DNA of 50,185 bases from an uncultured Nitrospinaceae bacterium (lineage in GTDB: Bacteria; Nitrospinota; Nitrospinia; Nitrospinales; Nitrospinaceae): NCBI GenBank assembly GCA_965372625.1, contig CBDVDB010000001.1, positions 1 to 50,185 on the forward strand, read 5' to 3'. Below, piece after piece: positions 19,851 through 28,027 of the stretch. The position numbers and the translations under genes were made by a program. The notes beneath the pieces were generated by a model. It was not told where the DNA came from, did not search any database, and was given only the letters and a program-made list of their open reading frames with translations. Positions within the stretch are counted from its first letter, which is position 1; each line of letters starts with the position of its first letter.

Positions 19851-21185
19851 ATGAATGAATACGATGTCCTGGTCATTGGCGGCGGAACCGCAGGTGTTGC
19901 GGCGGCTCTTTCCGCTGCCCGGCAGGAAGCCCGGGTCGGCCTCATCGAGTCAAGCCGTCCGGGAGGGCATTCCCTGTTCAAGGGACACATACCCCTGCAA
20001 GTCCTCCGCGACCCAAGTGAAACATCAGATGCAATAATTTCCCTGGAAAACCTGGCTCAAAGGGCGGAGGAACAGGCAGAAAAGGCTTCCCGGCAAGTGG
20101 TTGAGGATTTGCAGAACGCCGGGGTGGAGCGGATTCCGGGTGAGGGTTCGTTAGCGGGTAACCGGCAAGTGATGGTGCTTGAGGAAGGGAATCAGACTCC
20201 TCTTAAAGCCGGGAAGATCATTATCGCAACCGGTTCTCTTACCAAGCCGGTGAATACGATTCCCTTTGATGATCAAAGCATATTTCCGTTGGACCGGTTT
20301 CTGGATTGGCAGAAAACCCCCAACTCATTGCTGATCGTGGGCGGCGATAAAGCCGGGTTGGAAGCGGCGCAAATTTTCAGTCTGCTCGGCGCCCGGGTTT
20401 TTCTGGTGGACGAGCATAGCCGGTTGATTCACGATCAAGATCCCGAGTTGATTACGGCTTTGGAAGCAGGATTCAAAAAACAAAAAATCAAAGTATTGCT
20501 CGGCAAAAAAATCATTTCAATTTTCAAGGATAAGGAAAGCATTGATGTCACTCTGGACGGGGGGGTTAAGTTTTCCACCGAAAGGATTCTTGTGTCGGGG
20601 GCGCGTTTGGGAAATACGGCGAACCTGGGATTGGACTCTTTGAATGTTGAAGTGGGACCCGGCCGCGAAATCTGGGTCAATGAACATATGGAGACATCGC
20701 TGGCAGGAGTGTTCGCCGCGGGCAGTGTGACCGGGCGGTCCCGTTCCCTTCAAATTTCAGAAGAAGAAGGCCGGGTGGCGGGAATCAATGCATCGGGAGG
20801 GCATCAACCCCTGCAACGAGAGCATATTTCTTTTTGCCTGCAAACCCAACCGAAGATTGCGAGTATCGGCTGCATCGTTGCCAATGCCCATTACCAGGGA
20901 TTTCGCGCGGTGGAAGGGCGTTACGATTCTACAGAAACCGGGAATTCCACCGGCAGTGATGGGGAGTTCTGCAGGATCATCGCGGATCGTGAATCGAAAC
21001 AGATCATCGGCGCTCAAGTTTCAGGAGCGCAGGCTTTTGAGTGCATCGCTCTGGTGCAGTCGAACATCAAAAAGGGCGTTTCGGTTAAAGAATTGGTGCA
21101 AAATAATGAAGATCAATCACCCCATTTGGAACCCATCCTTAAGGCGGCTAAAAAGTGTGCGCGGGCCTTGTCTGGTCGGCGTTAA
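19851..21185 (+). CDS. FAD-dependent pyridine nucleotide-disulfide oxidoreductase homologue (dihydrolipoamide dehydrogenase-like) lacking the redox-active Cys pair
   Basis: 444 aa. It has the FAD Rossmann motif DVLVIGGGTAGVAAAL and a second Rossmann region LLIVGGDKAGLE...VFLVDE. A dimerisation-domain-like C-terminus is present. At the position of GGxCLNxGCIPSK it reads GGHSLFKGHIPLQ. Confidence 0.8.
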   Translation: MNEYDVLVIGGGTAGVAAALSAARQEARVGLIESSRPGGHSLFKGHIPLQVLRDPSETSDAIISLENLAQRAEEQAEKASRQVVEDLQNAGVERIPGEGSLAGNRQVMVLEEGNQTPLKAGKIIIATGSLTKPVNTIPFDDQSIFPLDRFLDWQKTPNSLLIVGGDKAGLEAAQIFSLLGARVFLVDEHSRLIHDQDPELITALEAGFKKQKIKVLLGKKIISIFKDKESIDVTLDGGVKFSTERILVSGARLGNTANLGLDSLNVEVGPGREIWVNEHMETSLAGVFAAGSVTGRSRSLQISEEEGRVAGINASGGHQPLQREHISFCLQTQPKIASIGCIVANAHYQGFRAVEGRYDSTETGNSTGSDGEFCRIIADRESKQIIGAQVSGAQAFECIALVQSNIKKGVSVKELVQNNEDQSPHLEPILKAAKKCARALSGRR

Positions 21186-21225
21186 ATCAAGGTTTTAGAC
21201 CGAATATCTGGCCTTGACTCGAATT

Positions 21226-21250
21226 TGTAATTGTGTTAAAAACTCACCTT
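21226..21250 (+). promoter_or_regulatory. Shared upstream motif, copy B, overlapping a possible promoter (TTGACT 21214-21219 / TAAAAA 21237-21242)
   Basis: TGTAATTGTGTTAAAAACTCACCTT lies about 80 nt upstream of the Rieske ATG. TTGACT and TAAAAA are separated by a 17-nt spacer. Confidence 0.35.
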
Positions 21251-21329
21251 TGCTAACGGGTAAACATGGCCACCCGCAGCGCTATCTTCCAACAAAGAGT
21301 TTCCACAAGTTATTGAAAAAAAACCATTT

Positions 21330-21890
21330 ATGAGTGATGTAAAAGGGGAAGCCAAACCGGCACCCGCCCAACCCAAAGCCACGGGCAAAAAAGACGTGGT
21401 TCAAGATACGATTTGGTCACGGCGCGACTTTTTTTCGCTTGCCGGCTGGGCCGGTTTTATGGCCTCGTTGGGGTTGTCGTCTCTGTATTTTTTGAGACTA
21501 TTGTTTCCGCGAGTTCTGTTTGAACCCTCCCCTAAATTCAAAGCCGGTAATCCGGGAGACTATACCGTGGGTGAAGTCAGCTCCAAATGGGTCAGCGAAC
21601 AGCGGGTATGGATCATTCGGGATGAGGAGAAGCTTTATGCGATTCTGGCGCGTTGCACGCATTTGGGATGCACGCCGTTGTGGTTGAAGACCGAGGGGAA
21701 GTACAAATGTCCCTGTCATGGCAGCGGTTTTACCATGGAAGGCATCAATTTCGAAGGCCCGGCACCGCGTCCGCTGGAACGTTTGAAAGTGGAGCTCGGA
21801 CCGGACGGCCAGATCGTTATCGATAAAAGCAAAAAATTCCTTTTTGAAAGGGGAGAATGGGGCAAGCCCGGCTCGTTTCTCAGGGTTTGA
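21330..21890 (+). CDS. petC: Rieske [2Fe-2S] subunit of a cytochrome b6f/bc-type complex
   Basis: 186 aa. It has the twin-arginine motif SRRDFFSLAG followed by a TM anchor. The cluster-binding boxes CTHLGCTP and CPCHGSGF are present. Confidence 0.9.
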   Translation: MSDVKGEAKPAPAQPKATGKKDVVQDTIWSRRDFFSLAGWAGFMASLGLSSLYFLRLLFPRVLFEPSPKFKAGNPGDYTVGEVSSKWVSEQRVWIIRDEEKLYAILARCTHLGCTPLWLKTEGKYKCPCHGSGFTMEGINFEGPAPRPLERLKVELGPDGQIVIDKSKKFLFERGEWGKPGSFLRV

Positions 21891-21938
21891 CGTCTTTATC
21901 CCAAGTTTAATTTAGAGAAGTTCACGGAGGTTTCAGTT

Positions 21939-22769
21939 TTGGCCAACAAACCCAAAATTCCAAATATAGCCGAAGTCATGGCGTCCATCAAAAGCGGCAA
22001 AATCTGGAAAGATATTGCCAAGCAGGTGACGGAATCCCAGATATGGACCTCTTCGTTTCGGCACGGATACGCAGACACACCCCGCAACCGGGTTCTTCAG
22101 ATTGCCAGTAACGTCTGGTTGCATTTACATCCGGTAAAAATTCACCGCCACGCGTTGCGGATCAAGTTCACCTGGTGCATGGGCGGAATTACGTTTCTAT
22201 TGTTTTTGTCCACGGTGGTCACCGGTGTGATTCTGATGTTCTATTACCGGCCGGTAGGGGAGTACGCCTACTTCGATATGAAATACCTTCAGTATGACGT
22301 ACCGTTCGGCATGTTGATGAGGAACATGCACCGGTGGGCCGCGCATGCCATGGTGATCACCGTATGGCTTCATATGCTCCGCGTGTTTTTGACGGGATCC
22401 TATAAACCGCCGCGGGAATTCAACTGGGTGATCGGCGTGTTTCTGGTGACCTTTACGTTGCTGCTGAGTTTTACCGGTTACCTGCTTCCCTGGGACCAAC
22501 TGTCCATGTGGGCGGTAACCGTGGGAACCAATATGGCCCGCGGGACTCCCTTTTTAGGGCATGAGGGGCCCTTTCAGGAATTTGTGCCGCTCATCAGCCC
22601 CAGATATGATGCCCGGTCCGTGCTTTTGGGAGGAAGTCTGGTCGGACCTCCGGCCTTGCTGCGGTTTTATGTGTTGCATTGCATTTTTATTCCGTTGGTC
22701 GCCGGGGCTCTGATGATCGTCCATTTCTGGCGTATCAGAAAAGACGGTGGGATATCCGGCCCGCTTTAA
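21939..22769 (+). CDS. petB: Cytochrome b6-type subunit (split cytochrome b, N-terminal four-helix part)
   Basis: 276 aa. The TTG start is supported by GGAGG 8 nt upstream. It is collinear with cyt b6: [10 protein letters not shown] (the b6 Cys35 position), HRWAAHAMV...[31 protein letters not shown] and [11 protein letters not shown]...[15 protein letters not shown] at the C-terminus. Confidence 0.9.
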   Translation: MANKPKIPNIAEVMASIKSGKIWKDIAKQVTESQIWTSSFRHGYADTPRNRVLQIASNVWLHLHPVKIHRHALRIKFTWCMGGITFLLFLSTVVTGVILMFYYRPVGEYAYFDMKYLQYDVPFGMLMRNMHRWAAHAMVITVWLHMLRVFLTGSYKPPREFNWVIGVFLVTFTLLLSFTGYLLPWDQLSMWAVTVGTNMARGTPFLGHEGPFQEFVPLISPRYDARSVLLGGSLVGPPALLRFYVLHCIFIPLVAGALMIVHFWRIRKDGGISGPL

Positions 22770-22819
22770 TTTCGTCGTTTCCGGATTATCCGGTTTTTCG
22801 ATAAGGGATCGTTTCGATT

Positions 22820-23575
22820 ATGGCTACCGCCGCTAAAAAGAAGACCGTTGAAGATTTACCCGAAAAGGTCCATGTCTGGCCTTATCTGGTACGCTTGGAG
22901 CTTTTGTGTACGATCATTGTGATCATTGCCTTGACGGTATGGTCCATCGTGATCGACGCGCCTCTGGAGGAAGCGGCCAATCCCACCAAAACCCCCAATC
23001 CCTCGAAAGCCCCCTGGTACTTCCTGGGCCTGCAGGACATCCTGGTTTATTTCGATCCCTGGTTCGCCGGTGTGGTCGCCCCGGTATTGATTATCGTGGG
23101 GCTGATGATGATTCCCTATCTCGACGTCAATCCCAAGGGCAATGGATACTACACTTATACCGAGCGAAAATTCGCCATTTGGGTTTATTCTTTCGGGTTT
23201 ATCGTTTTGTGGATCTCCCTCATCATCATGGGCGTGTTCCTGCGCGGACCGGGATGGAATCTGTTCATGCCCTGGCAATATTGGGACCCCCACAAGGTGG
23301 TGGCGTTGGTCAACGTCGATTTACCTTATGCTTTCGGTTTTCGTACTTACCTTGGCGCCAGTTTATTTGGCGGAGCTGTGATATTGGGCTATTTCGCTAT
23401 AGGGACAGCCGGGTATTTTTTCATGGAACGAAAAGCCATAAAAAATGTGGGTTTTCTCAGAATGCTCATCAAGATTATACTGCTCCTGATCATGCTGGGT
23501 ATAGTTATTAAAATCGTTCTCCGGCTGGCATTTAATATCAAATATGTCTGGGTCACCCCCTGGTTTAATATCTGA
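22820..23575 (+). CDS. petD: Subunit IV-like (cytochrome b C-terminal part) with extra C-terminal TM helices
   Basis: 251 aa. It is collinear with PetD: EAANPTKTPNPSKAPWYFLGLQDIL, where the Qo-site PEWY box reads APWY. Several additional hydrophobic helices follow, beyond the roughly 160 aa of canonical subunit IV. Confidence 0.8.
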   Translation: MATAAKKKTVEDLPEKVHVWPYLVRLELLCTIIVIIALTVWSIVIDAPLEEAANPTKTPNPSKAPWYFLGLQDILVYFDPWFAGVVAPVLIIVGLMMIPYLDVNPKGNGYYTYTERKFAIWVYSFGFIVLWISLIIMGVFLRGPGWNLFMPWQYWDPHKVVALVNVDLPYAFGFRTYLGASLFGGAVILGYFAIGTAGYFFMERKAIKNVGFLRMLIKIILLLIMLGIVIKIVLRLAFNIKYVWVTPWFNI

Positions 23576-23589
23576 CTATTTAAAATCAC

Positions 23590-26283
23590 ATGACAGACGA
23601 ACCACAAAAAAGAGAAGGGGAATTTGACGAGACGACCTCGTACAGTTTCCTGTTTTTCCTGATGTCCGGGGCATTGCTGTTTGTCACCCTGTGGTCGTTC
23701 TGGGATGATGAATATAGCCGGCGAGGCTTCAAGGAATTCCAGGATGTCTATTACAAGGAACAGTTCGCGCGGGCAGAGCGCAATTTCAAGGAAGTCAGCG
23801 AAAAAATCAACGTCAAAGAGCAGGAAATCCTGGCCTCCATCGCCACCGAAGAACAGACGATGGAGGGCAGTGACGAATACCAGGTATTAGCTGAAGTCGC
23901 ATGGGAAGCTCAAATCCATCTGGATGAGGTGACCGAGGAGCAGAAATTCGCCAAGAGCCATCTGGATGAGTATTATTACTATTACAAAAAAGCCATGCAC
24001 GAAGGCAAGAACTTCGAGGTCCAGTTAGCCAAGGTTCATGATACGGAAAAGGAAATCGGGGAATATGATCCGATCATTGCGGAAGCGGCTCGCCATAGAG
24101 ATGAGGCGGAGGAGAAATTACTCAAATTCAAGGCGAAAAAAGAAAATCTTGAAAAAGAGCTTGGCCTGCTGGTCAATGACAAGGTGGTTCTCCAGGGAAC
24201 GATGGATTTTTATAAACCCTATCCCTTTTTCTGGAAACCTGCTGAAATTTTTCAAACCGTAATCCCTTCCTACGGTAAAAACAATTTCCAGGAAATCACC
24301 TATAAAGTCGACCGGTGTCATACCTGTCACCTCTCCTTTGACGACCCTTATTATGAAAAGTTTGAGCATCCGCTCAAAAGCCATCCCAATCCTGAAATAT
24401 TAATTACAAAACACGATCCCCTGGTAACCGGTTGCACCTGGTGTCACAAGGGGCAGGGGACGGCGACCGCCCCCGCGGAGCACGCACATGGTTCCCACCA
24501 TGAAATGGACCAATCGACGGGCATTAACGAACCTCTTCTGCTCGGTAACCTGGTGCAGGCCAGTTGCCACAACTGCCACGCGCCTCAGGTGGAATTAGAA
24601 GGGGCGCCTATACTCTCCCAGGGTAAAAAAATATTTTTAAAACTGGGTTGCCATGGTTGCCACATGGTAGACGGTTATCAGGCAGAAAAGAAAGTAGGGC
24701 CCAGCCTGTTGCGTATTGCTTCCAAAGTAGATCCGAGTTGGCTGGTCCGCTGGGTCAAAAAACCGAAAAATTATCTCCCCAAAACGCGCATGCCGTTCTT
24801 TAGCTTGAGCGATGAGCATACGCTGGCTATTTCCGCCTATCTCTGGGATGTTTCGGAAAAAGATTACCAGGTGGCGGAAAAATATAATGGCGGCGATGCG
24901 GCTAAGGGGAAAAAATTGTATGACAGCGTGGGCTGCCAGGCCTGCCACAAAGTTAACGGAGACGGTGAGTTGTTCGGGCCCGACCTGACCCGCATCGGCA
25001 ACAAGGTTACTCCGGATTGGCTGGTCAGCTGGATTCAAAATGCGGATGATTACAATCCGAACAGCATCATGCCGGATTTGAGGTTGACGTATAAAGATGC
25101 GTCTGATATCACCGCTTACCTGTTGCAATTTGACAAAAGACAGCCTCTGACAGGTGTCGAAGACCAACTCAATAATCCCGAGCTGATCAAGCTGGGCAAA
25201 ATCCTGATCAGGCGCCAGGGTTGTTTCGCCTGTCACGACATCAAGGGTATGGAAAAAGTGGGCCGGATTGCTCCCGAGCTTTCCGCATTCGGCAACAAGC
25301 AGACCCGCGAACTGGAATTTGGCGATGCGCATATTCCTCATACCTGGGAATCCTGGACTCGCACCAAGTTGAAAAATCCTGATGCGTACCGTACGGAGCG
25401 GATTCTGGACAAGATGCCCAATTTCGACCTGAAGCCGGATGAAGTGGAAGCGCTTCTGGTTCTGCTTAAAGGGCTTAATGGCGTTAAAATGCCGGCCCAA
25501 TATCAGAAAAATTACTCAGAGAAAGAATTAATCATTGAAAAAGGCCGCCGGTTGATCACCCGCTTCAATTGCCGCGGATGTCATGTCGTGGAACGAACCG
25601 GGGGAGATATCCAGGAGTTTCTTTCCTCTAAAAAACAATATCCGCCGCCCCTGGAAATGGGGAATTATCATGTGGGAGAACGTTTAAAGGGTTCGTGGCT
25701 GTTTTCTTTCCTGAAACAACCCACTCCGGTAAGAACCTGGATGAAAGTCCGCATGCCTACCTTTTCTTTAACCGATAAAGAAGTCCGGGATTTAACGGCT
25801 TATTTTGAAGCCCTGTCGCCGAATGAGATCAGGTATGAACCGGACGTCCATATTAAAAAGAGCAAGGATAGCATTCAGACCGGGGTTAAAATCGTCAATT
25901 ACATGGACTGTGGAAAATGTCATGACGATGGCGAAAAAGGCATTGATTTCTCCATTGCCGCCCAGCGCTTGAAGCAGGACTGGATACCCAAATGGATGAA
26001 AGATACCCGGGATTTGATTCCCTGGACCGGGATGCCCAACCACTGGACTAAAAAAGAGGATAAATACGTCATACCCTCCAAATTCAGTGATCTGAAAGAG
26101 TTTGAAGAGGGGAATATCGATTCGCACATCAAACACATCGGAGATTTTGTCCTTTCCTACAATACCGCCGAAGGTATTGATTTTGATGTCTCTCTGGGTG
26201 AAAGCGGCGGGGGTGAAGATGAGGGTGACGATGAAAGCGAAGCCGGGGACGATGAAGAAGAGGAAGAAGACGAAGATGAGTAA
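23590..26283 (+). CDS. Membrane-anchored octahaem c-type cytochrome (3-haem cluster plus five tandem class-I cytochrome c modules)
   Basis: 897 aa with one N-terminal TM helix and about 200 aa of charged, heptad-like sequence. There are eight CxxCH motifs: CHTCH, CTWCH, CHNCH, CHGCH, CQACH, CFACH, CRGCH and CGKCH. The last five each have a downstream Met-Pro motif (RMPFF, IMPDL, KMPNF, RMPTF, GMPNH). The C-terminus is GEDEGDDESEAGDDEEEEEDEDE. Confidence 0.85.
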   Translation: MTDEPQKREGEFDETTSYSFLFFLMSGALLFVTLWSFWDDEYSRRGFKEFQDVYYKEQFARAERNFKEVSEKINVKEQEILASIATEEQTMEGSDEYQVLAEVAWEAQIHLDEVTEEQKFAKSHLDEYYYYYKKAMHEGKNFEVQLAKVHDTEKEIGEYDPIIAEAARHRDEAEEKLLKFKAKKENLEKELGLLVNDKVVLQGTMDFYKPYPFFWKPAEIFQTVIPSYGKNNFQEITYKVDRCHTCHLSFDDPYYEKFEHPLKSHPNPEILITKHDPLVTGCTWCHKGQGTATAPAEHAHGSHHEMDQSTGINEPLLLGNLVQASCHNCHAPQVELEGAPILSQGKKIFLKLGCHGCHMVDGYQAEKKVGPSLLRIASKVDPSWLVRWVKKPKNYLPKTRMPFFSLSDEHTLAISAYLWDVSEKDYQVAEKYNGGDAAKGKKLYDSVGCQACHKVNGDGELFGPDLTRIGNKVTPDWLVSWIQNADDYNPNSIMPDLRLTYKDASDITAYLLQFDKRQPLTGVEDQLNNPELIKLGKILIRRQGCFACHDIKGMEKVGRIAPELSAFGNKQTRELEFGDAHIPHTWESWTRTKLKNPDAYRTERILDKMPNFDLKPDEVEALLVLLKGLNGVKMPAQYQKNYSEKELIIEKGRRLITRFNCRGCHVVERTGGDIQEFLSSKKQYPPPLEMGNYHVGERLKGSWLFSFLKQPTPVRTWMKVRMPTFSLTDKEVRDLTAYFEALSPNEIRYEPDVHIKKSKDSIQTGVKIVNYMDCGKCHDDGEKGIDFSIAAQRLKQDWIPKWMKDTRDLIPWTGMPNHWTKKEDKYVIPSKFSDLKEFEEGNIDSHIKHIGDFVLSYNTAEGIDFDVSLGESGGGEDEGDDESEAGDDEEEEEDEDE

Positions 26284-26351
26284 AATTTCCTATCCCCTTG
26301 GACAGGAAATAGGGTAAAGTTGAAACTCTGATGTTTTAAAGGATACACATA

Positions 26352-26534
26352 ATGGAAAACTCTGGACTTGAAAATTTTCTTATCATCGCATTGAAACCCG
26401 ATAATATGCCGATTGGCGCCATGTTGGGAATCGTTGCGTTCCTGTTTTGGATTGCGATTCGTCAAATGATCAAACACGATCGTCTGATCAAGGCTAACAA
26501 GAAAGATAAAGTTTACGATGAAATGATAAAATAA
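26352..26534 (+). CDS. Small single-TM hypothetical protein
   Basis: 60 aa with AAGGA 9 nt upstream of the ATG. It has one TM helix (IGAMLGIVAFLFWIAI) followed by a basic tail. Its TAA is immediately followed, in the same frame, by the GTG of the next ORF. Confidence 0.4.
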   Translation: MENSGLENFLIIALKPDNMPIGAMLGIVAFLFWIAIRQMIKHDRLIKANKKDKVYDEMIK

Positions 26535-27029
26535 GTGTCTCTGTTCATCATCACATTTTTTGCTTTCTTTATTGGAATCATCCTGATCCTGTTTTTAAAA
26601 AATACCTCTCCGCCTGCTCCGCAAGAACAAATTCACTTCGAGAATCCCGACGATAAACCGATTTACCTGATAGACTCTGAAGCCTTTAAGGAAAAGTGTC
26701 TGGAATTTCTGGGTAAGTTTAATCTTGAATACAAACACTCGATCTGGGCCAACGAGCAGGAACTTGAAATTGATATGCTGGACGAAACCCCCGTCGTCGG
26801 CGGCAAATACCTGGCCTTATGCATTTTTGACCCGCCGCACCGCCTGGTTGATCTCTTCAAGGTGAAGGGTTTTATTGAAACCGTGAAAGGGGAGGGAGCC
26901 GCTCGGGGTATTTTGATTACCACGGGTTATTTTTCCGAGGATGCCCAGAGAGTGATTGAAGAGGACCCGGTGGAGCTGGTCAACGTGGTTTCATTTCTGG
27001 ATTATTTGAAAAAATTTGACATATACTGA
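26535..27029 (+). CDS. Membrane-anchored Mrr-like (restriction endonuclease fold, Mrr_cat-type) domain protein with degenerate catalytic motif
   Basis: 164 aa with a GTG start and an N-terminal TM helix (LFIITFFAFFIGIILILFL). It is collinear with the Mrr catalytic-domain pattern: FKEKCLEFLGKFNLEY, ELEIDMLD, ARGILITTGYFSEDAQRVIEE and VELVNVVSFLDYL. The expected (Q/E)xK box reads LCI. The family call is from memory of the profile only. Confidence 0.5.
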   Translation: MSLFIITFFAFFIGIILILFLKNTSPPAPQEQIHFENPDDKPIYLIDSEAFKEKCLEFLGKFNLEYKHSIWANEQELEIDMLDETPVVGGKYLALCIFDPPHRLVDLFKVKGFIETVKGEGAARGILITTGYFSEDAQRVIEEDPVELVNVVSFLDYLKKFDIY

Positions 27030-27117
27030 ACCTTCCCCGTAGCGCCCCTGTATTTCAAGGATTATTCAAGGCCTCCCTTATTTTCGGTTCCCACCTTTGT
27101 GTTATACTTACAAACCT

Positions 27118-28002
27118 ATGAAAATTAAGGCAATATTAGAAAAGGTGCACCCCTCGTTTTCGTTTGAGTTTTTTCCACCCAAGAACCGCGAGGGGTTTGA
27201 CACATTATTCACCACGATTGAGCAGTTGCAGTCTTGCCAGCCGTCTTATGTTTCGGTTACCTTTGGCGCTGGCGGCAGTACCCGCACCCAAACGATTGAC
27301 CTGGTTGGAAAAATTAAAAATGAAATCGGGTTGGAGTCGATGGCTCACCTGACCTGCGTGGGCAGCGATAAAGAAGAGCTACGTTCTATTCTGGACATCC
27401 TGCAGGACAGAGGCATTCAAAATGTACTGGCTTTACGGGGAGATCCTCCGCAGGGTCAGGATCAATTCGTGAAGCCGGAGAACGGGTTTGCTTATGCCAA
27501 CGAACTGGTGGAATTTATCCGGAAGAATTACGATTTCTGTATCGGAGTGGCGGGATATCCGGAAGGCCATGTGGAATGCCCCGATAAAACTGCCGATTTG
27601 GAAAATTTAAAACGCAAAGTAGACGCGGGGGCGGATTTTATCGTGACCCAGTTGTTTTTCGACAACCGCTTCTATTTTGATTTTGTTGACCGGGCGCGAA
27701 ACCTCGGAATTCAAGTGCCGATTATTCCCGGGATCATGCCTATTTTGAATTTCAAGCAGACCCAGCGGTTTACTAAAATGTGCGGAGCCACCATTCCTTC
27801 CCTGCTTTTGGGAAGGCTTGAAGCCGCTCAGGATGACCCGGAAACGGTTCGGAAAATAGGCGTTGATCATGCCGTACTCCAATGTGAATTATTGCTTCGG
27901 GAAGGAGCGCCGGGTATCCACTTTTACACGCTGAACCGTTCAAACGCCACATTAAAAATACTGGAAACATTGAGATGCCGGGCTGACCAGACTGGCGATT
28001 AA
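27118..28002 (+). CDS. metF: 5,10-methylenetetrahydrofolate reductase
   Basis: Motifs are FSFEFFPPK, SVTFGAGGSTR, HLTCVG, LALRGDPP, VAGYPEGH and DFIVTQLFFD. I prefer ATG 27118 (MKIKAILEK) over the non-ATG start at 27097 in the track. Confidence 0.9.
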   Translation: MKIKAILEKVHPSFSFEFFPPKNREGFDTLFTTIEQLQSCQPSYVSVTFGAGGSTRTQTIDLVGKIKNEIGLESMAHLTCVGSDKEELRSILDILQDRGIQNVLALRGDPPQGQDQFVKPENGFAYANELVEFIRKNYDFCIGVAGYPEGHVECPDKTADLENLKRKVDAGADFIVTQLFFDNRFYFDFVDRARNLGIQVPIIPGIMPILNFKQTQRFTKMCGATIPSLLLGRLEAAQDDPETVRKIGVDHAVLQCELLLREGAPGIHFYTLNRSNATLKILETLRCRADQTGD

Positions 28003-28027
28003 TAATCGGGCTTTCAATATCCCGTCT

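Noticed and set aside
22906-23511. A 201-aa ORF in an alternative plus-strand frame inside the subunit IV gene, and the nested 23142-23381 ORF.
   Set aside because: The overlapping frame at 22820-23575 gives a coherent polytopic membrane protein collinear with PetD. The alternative frame gives Arg/Gly/His-rich sequence with no features.
26197-26283. A GAA/GAG/GAT-rich tract that looks like a trinucleotide microsatellite.
   Set aside because: It is in frame and encodes the poly-acidic tail of the cytochrome. The codons are mixed rather than a pure tandem repeat.
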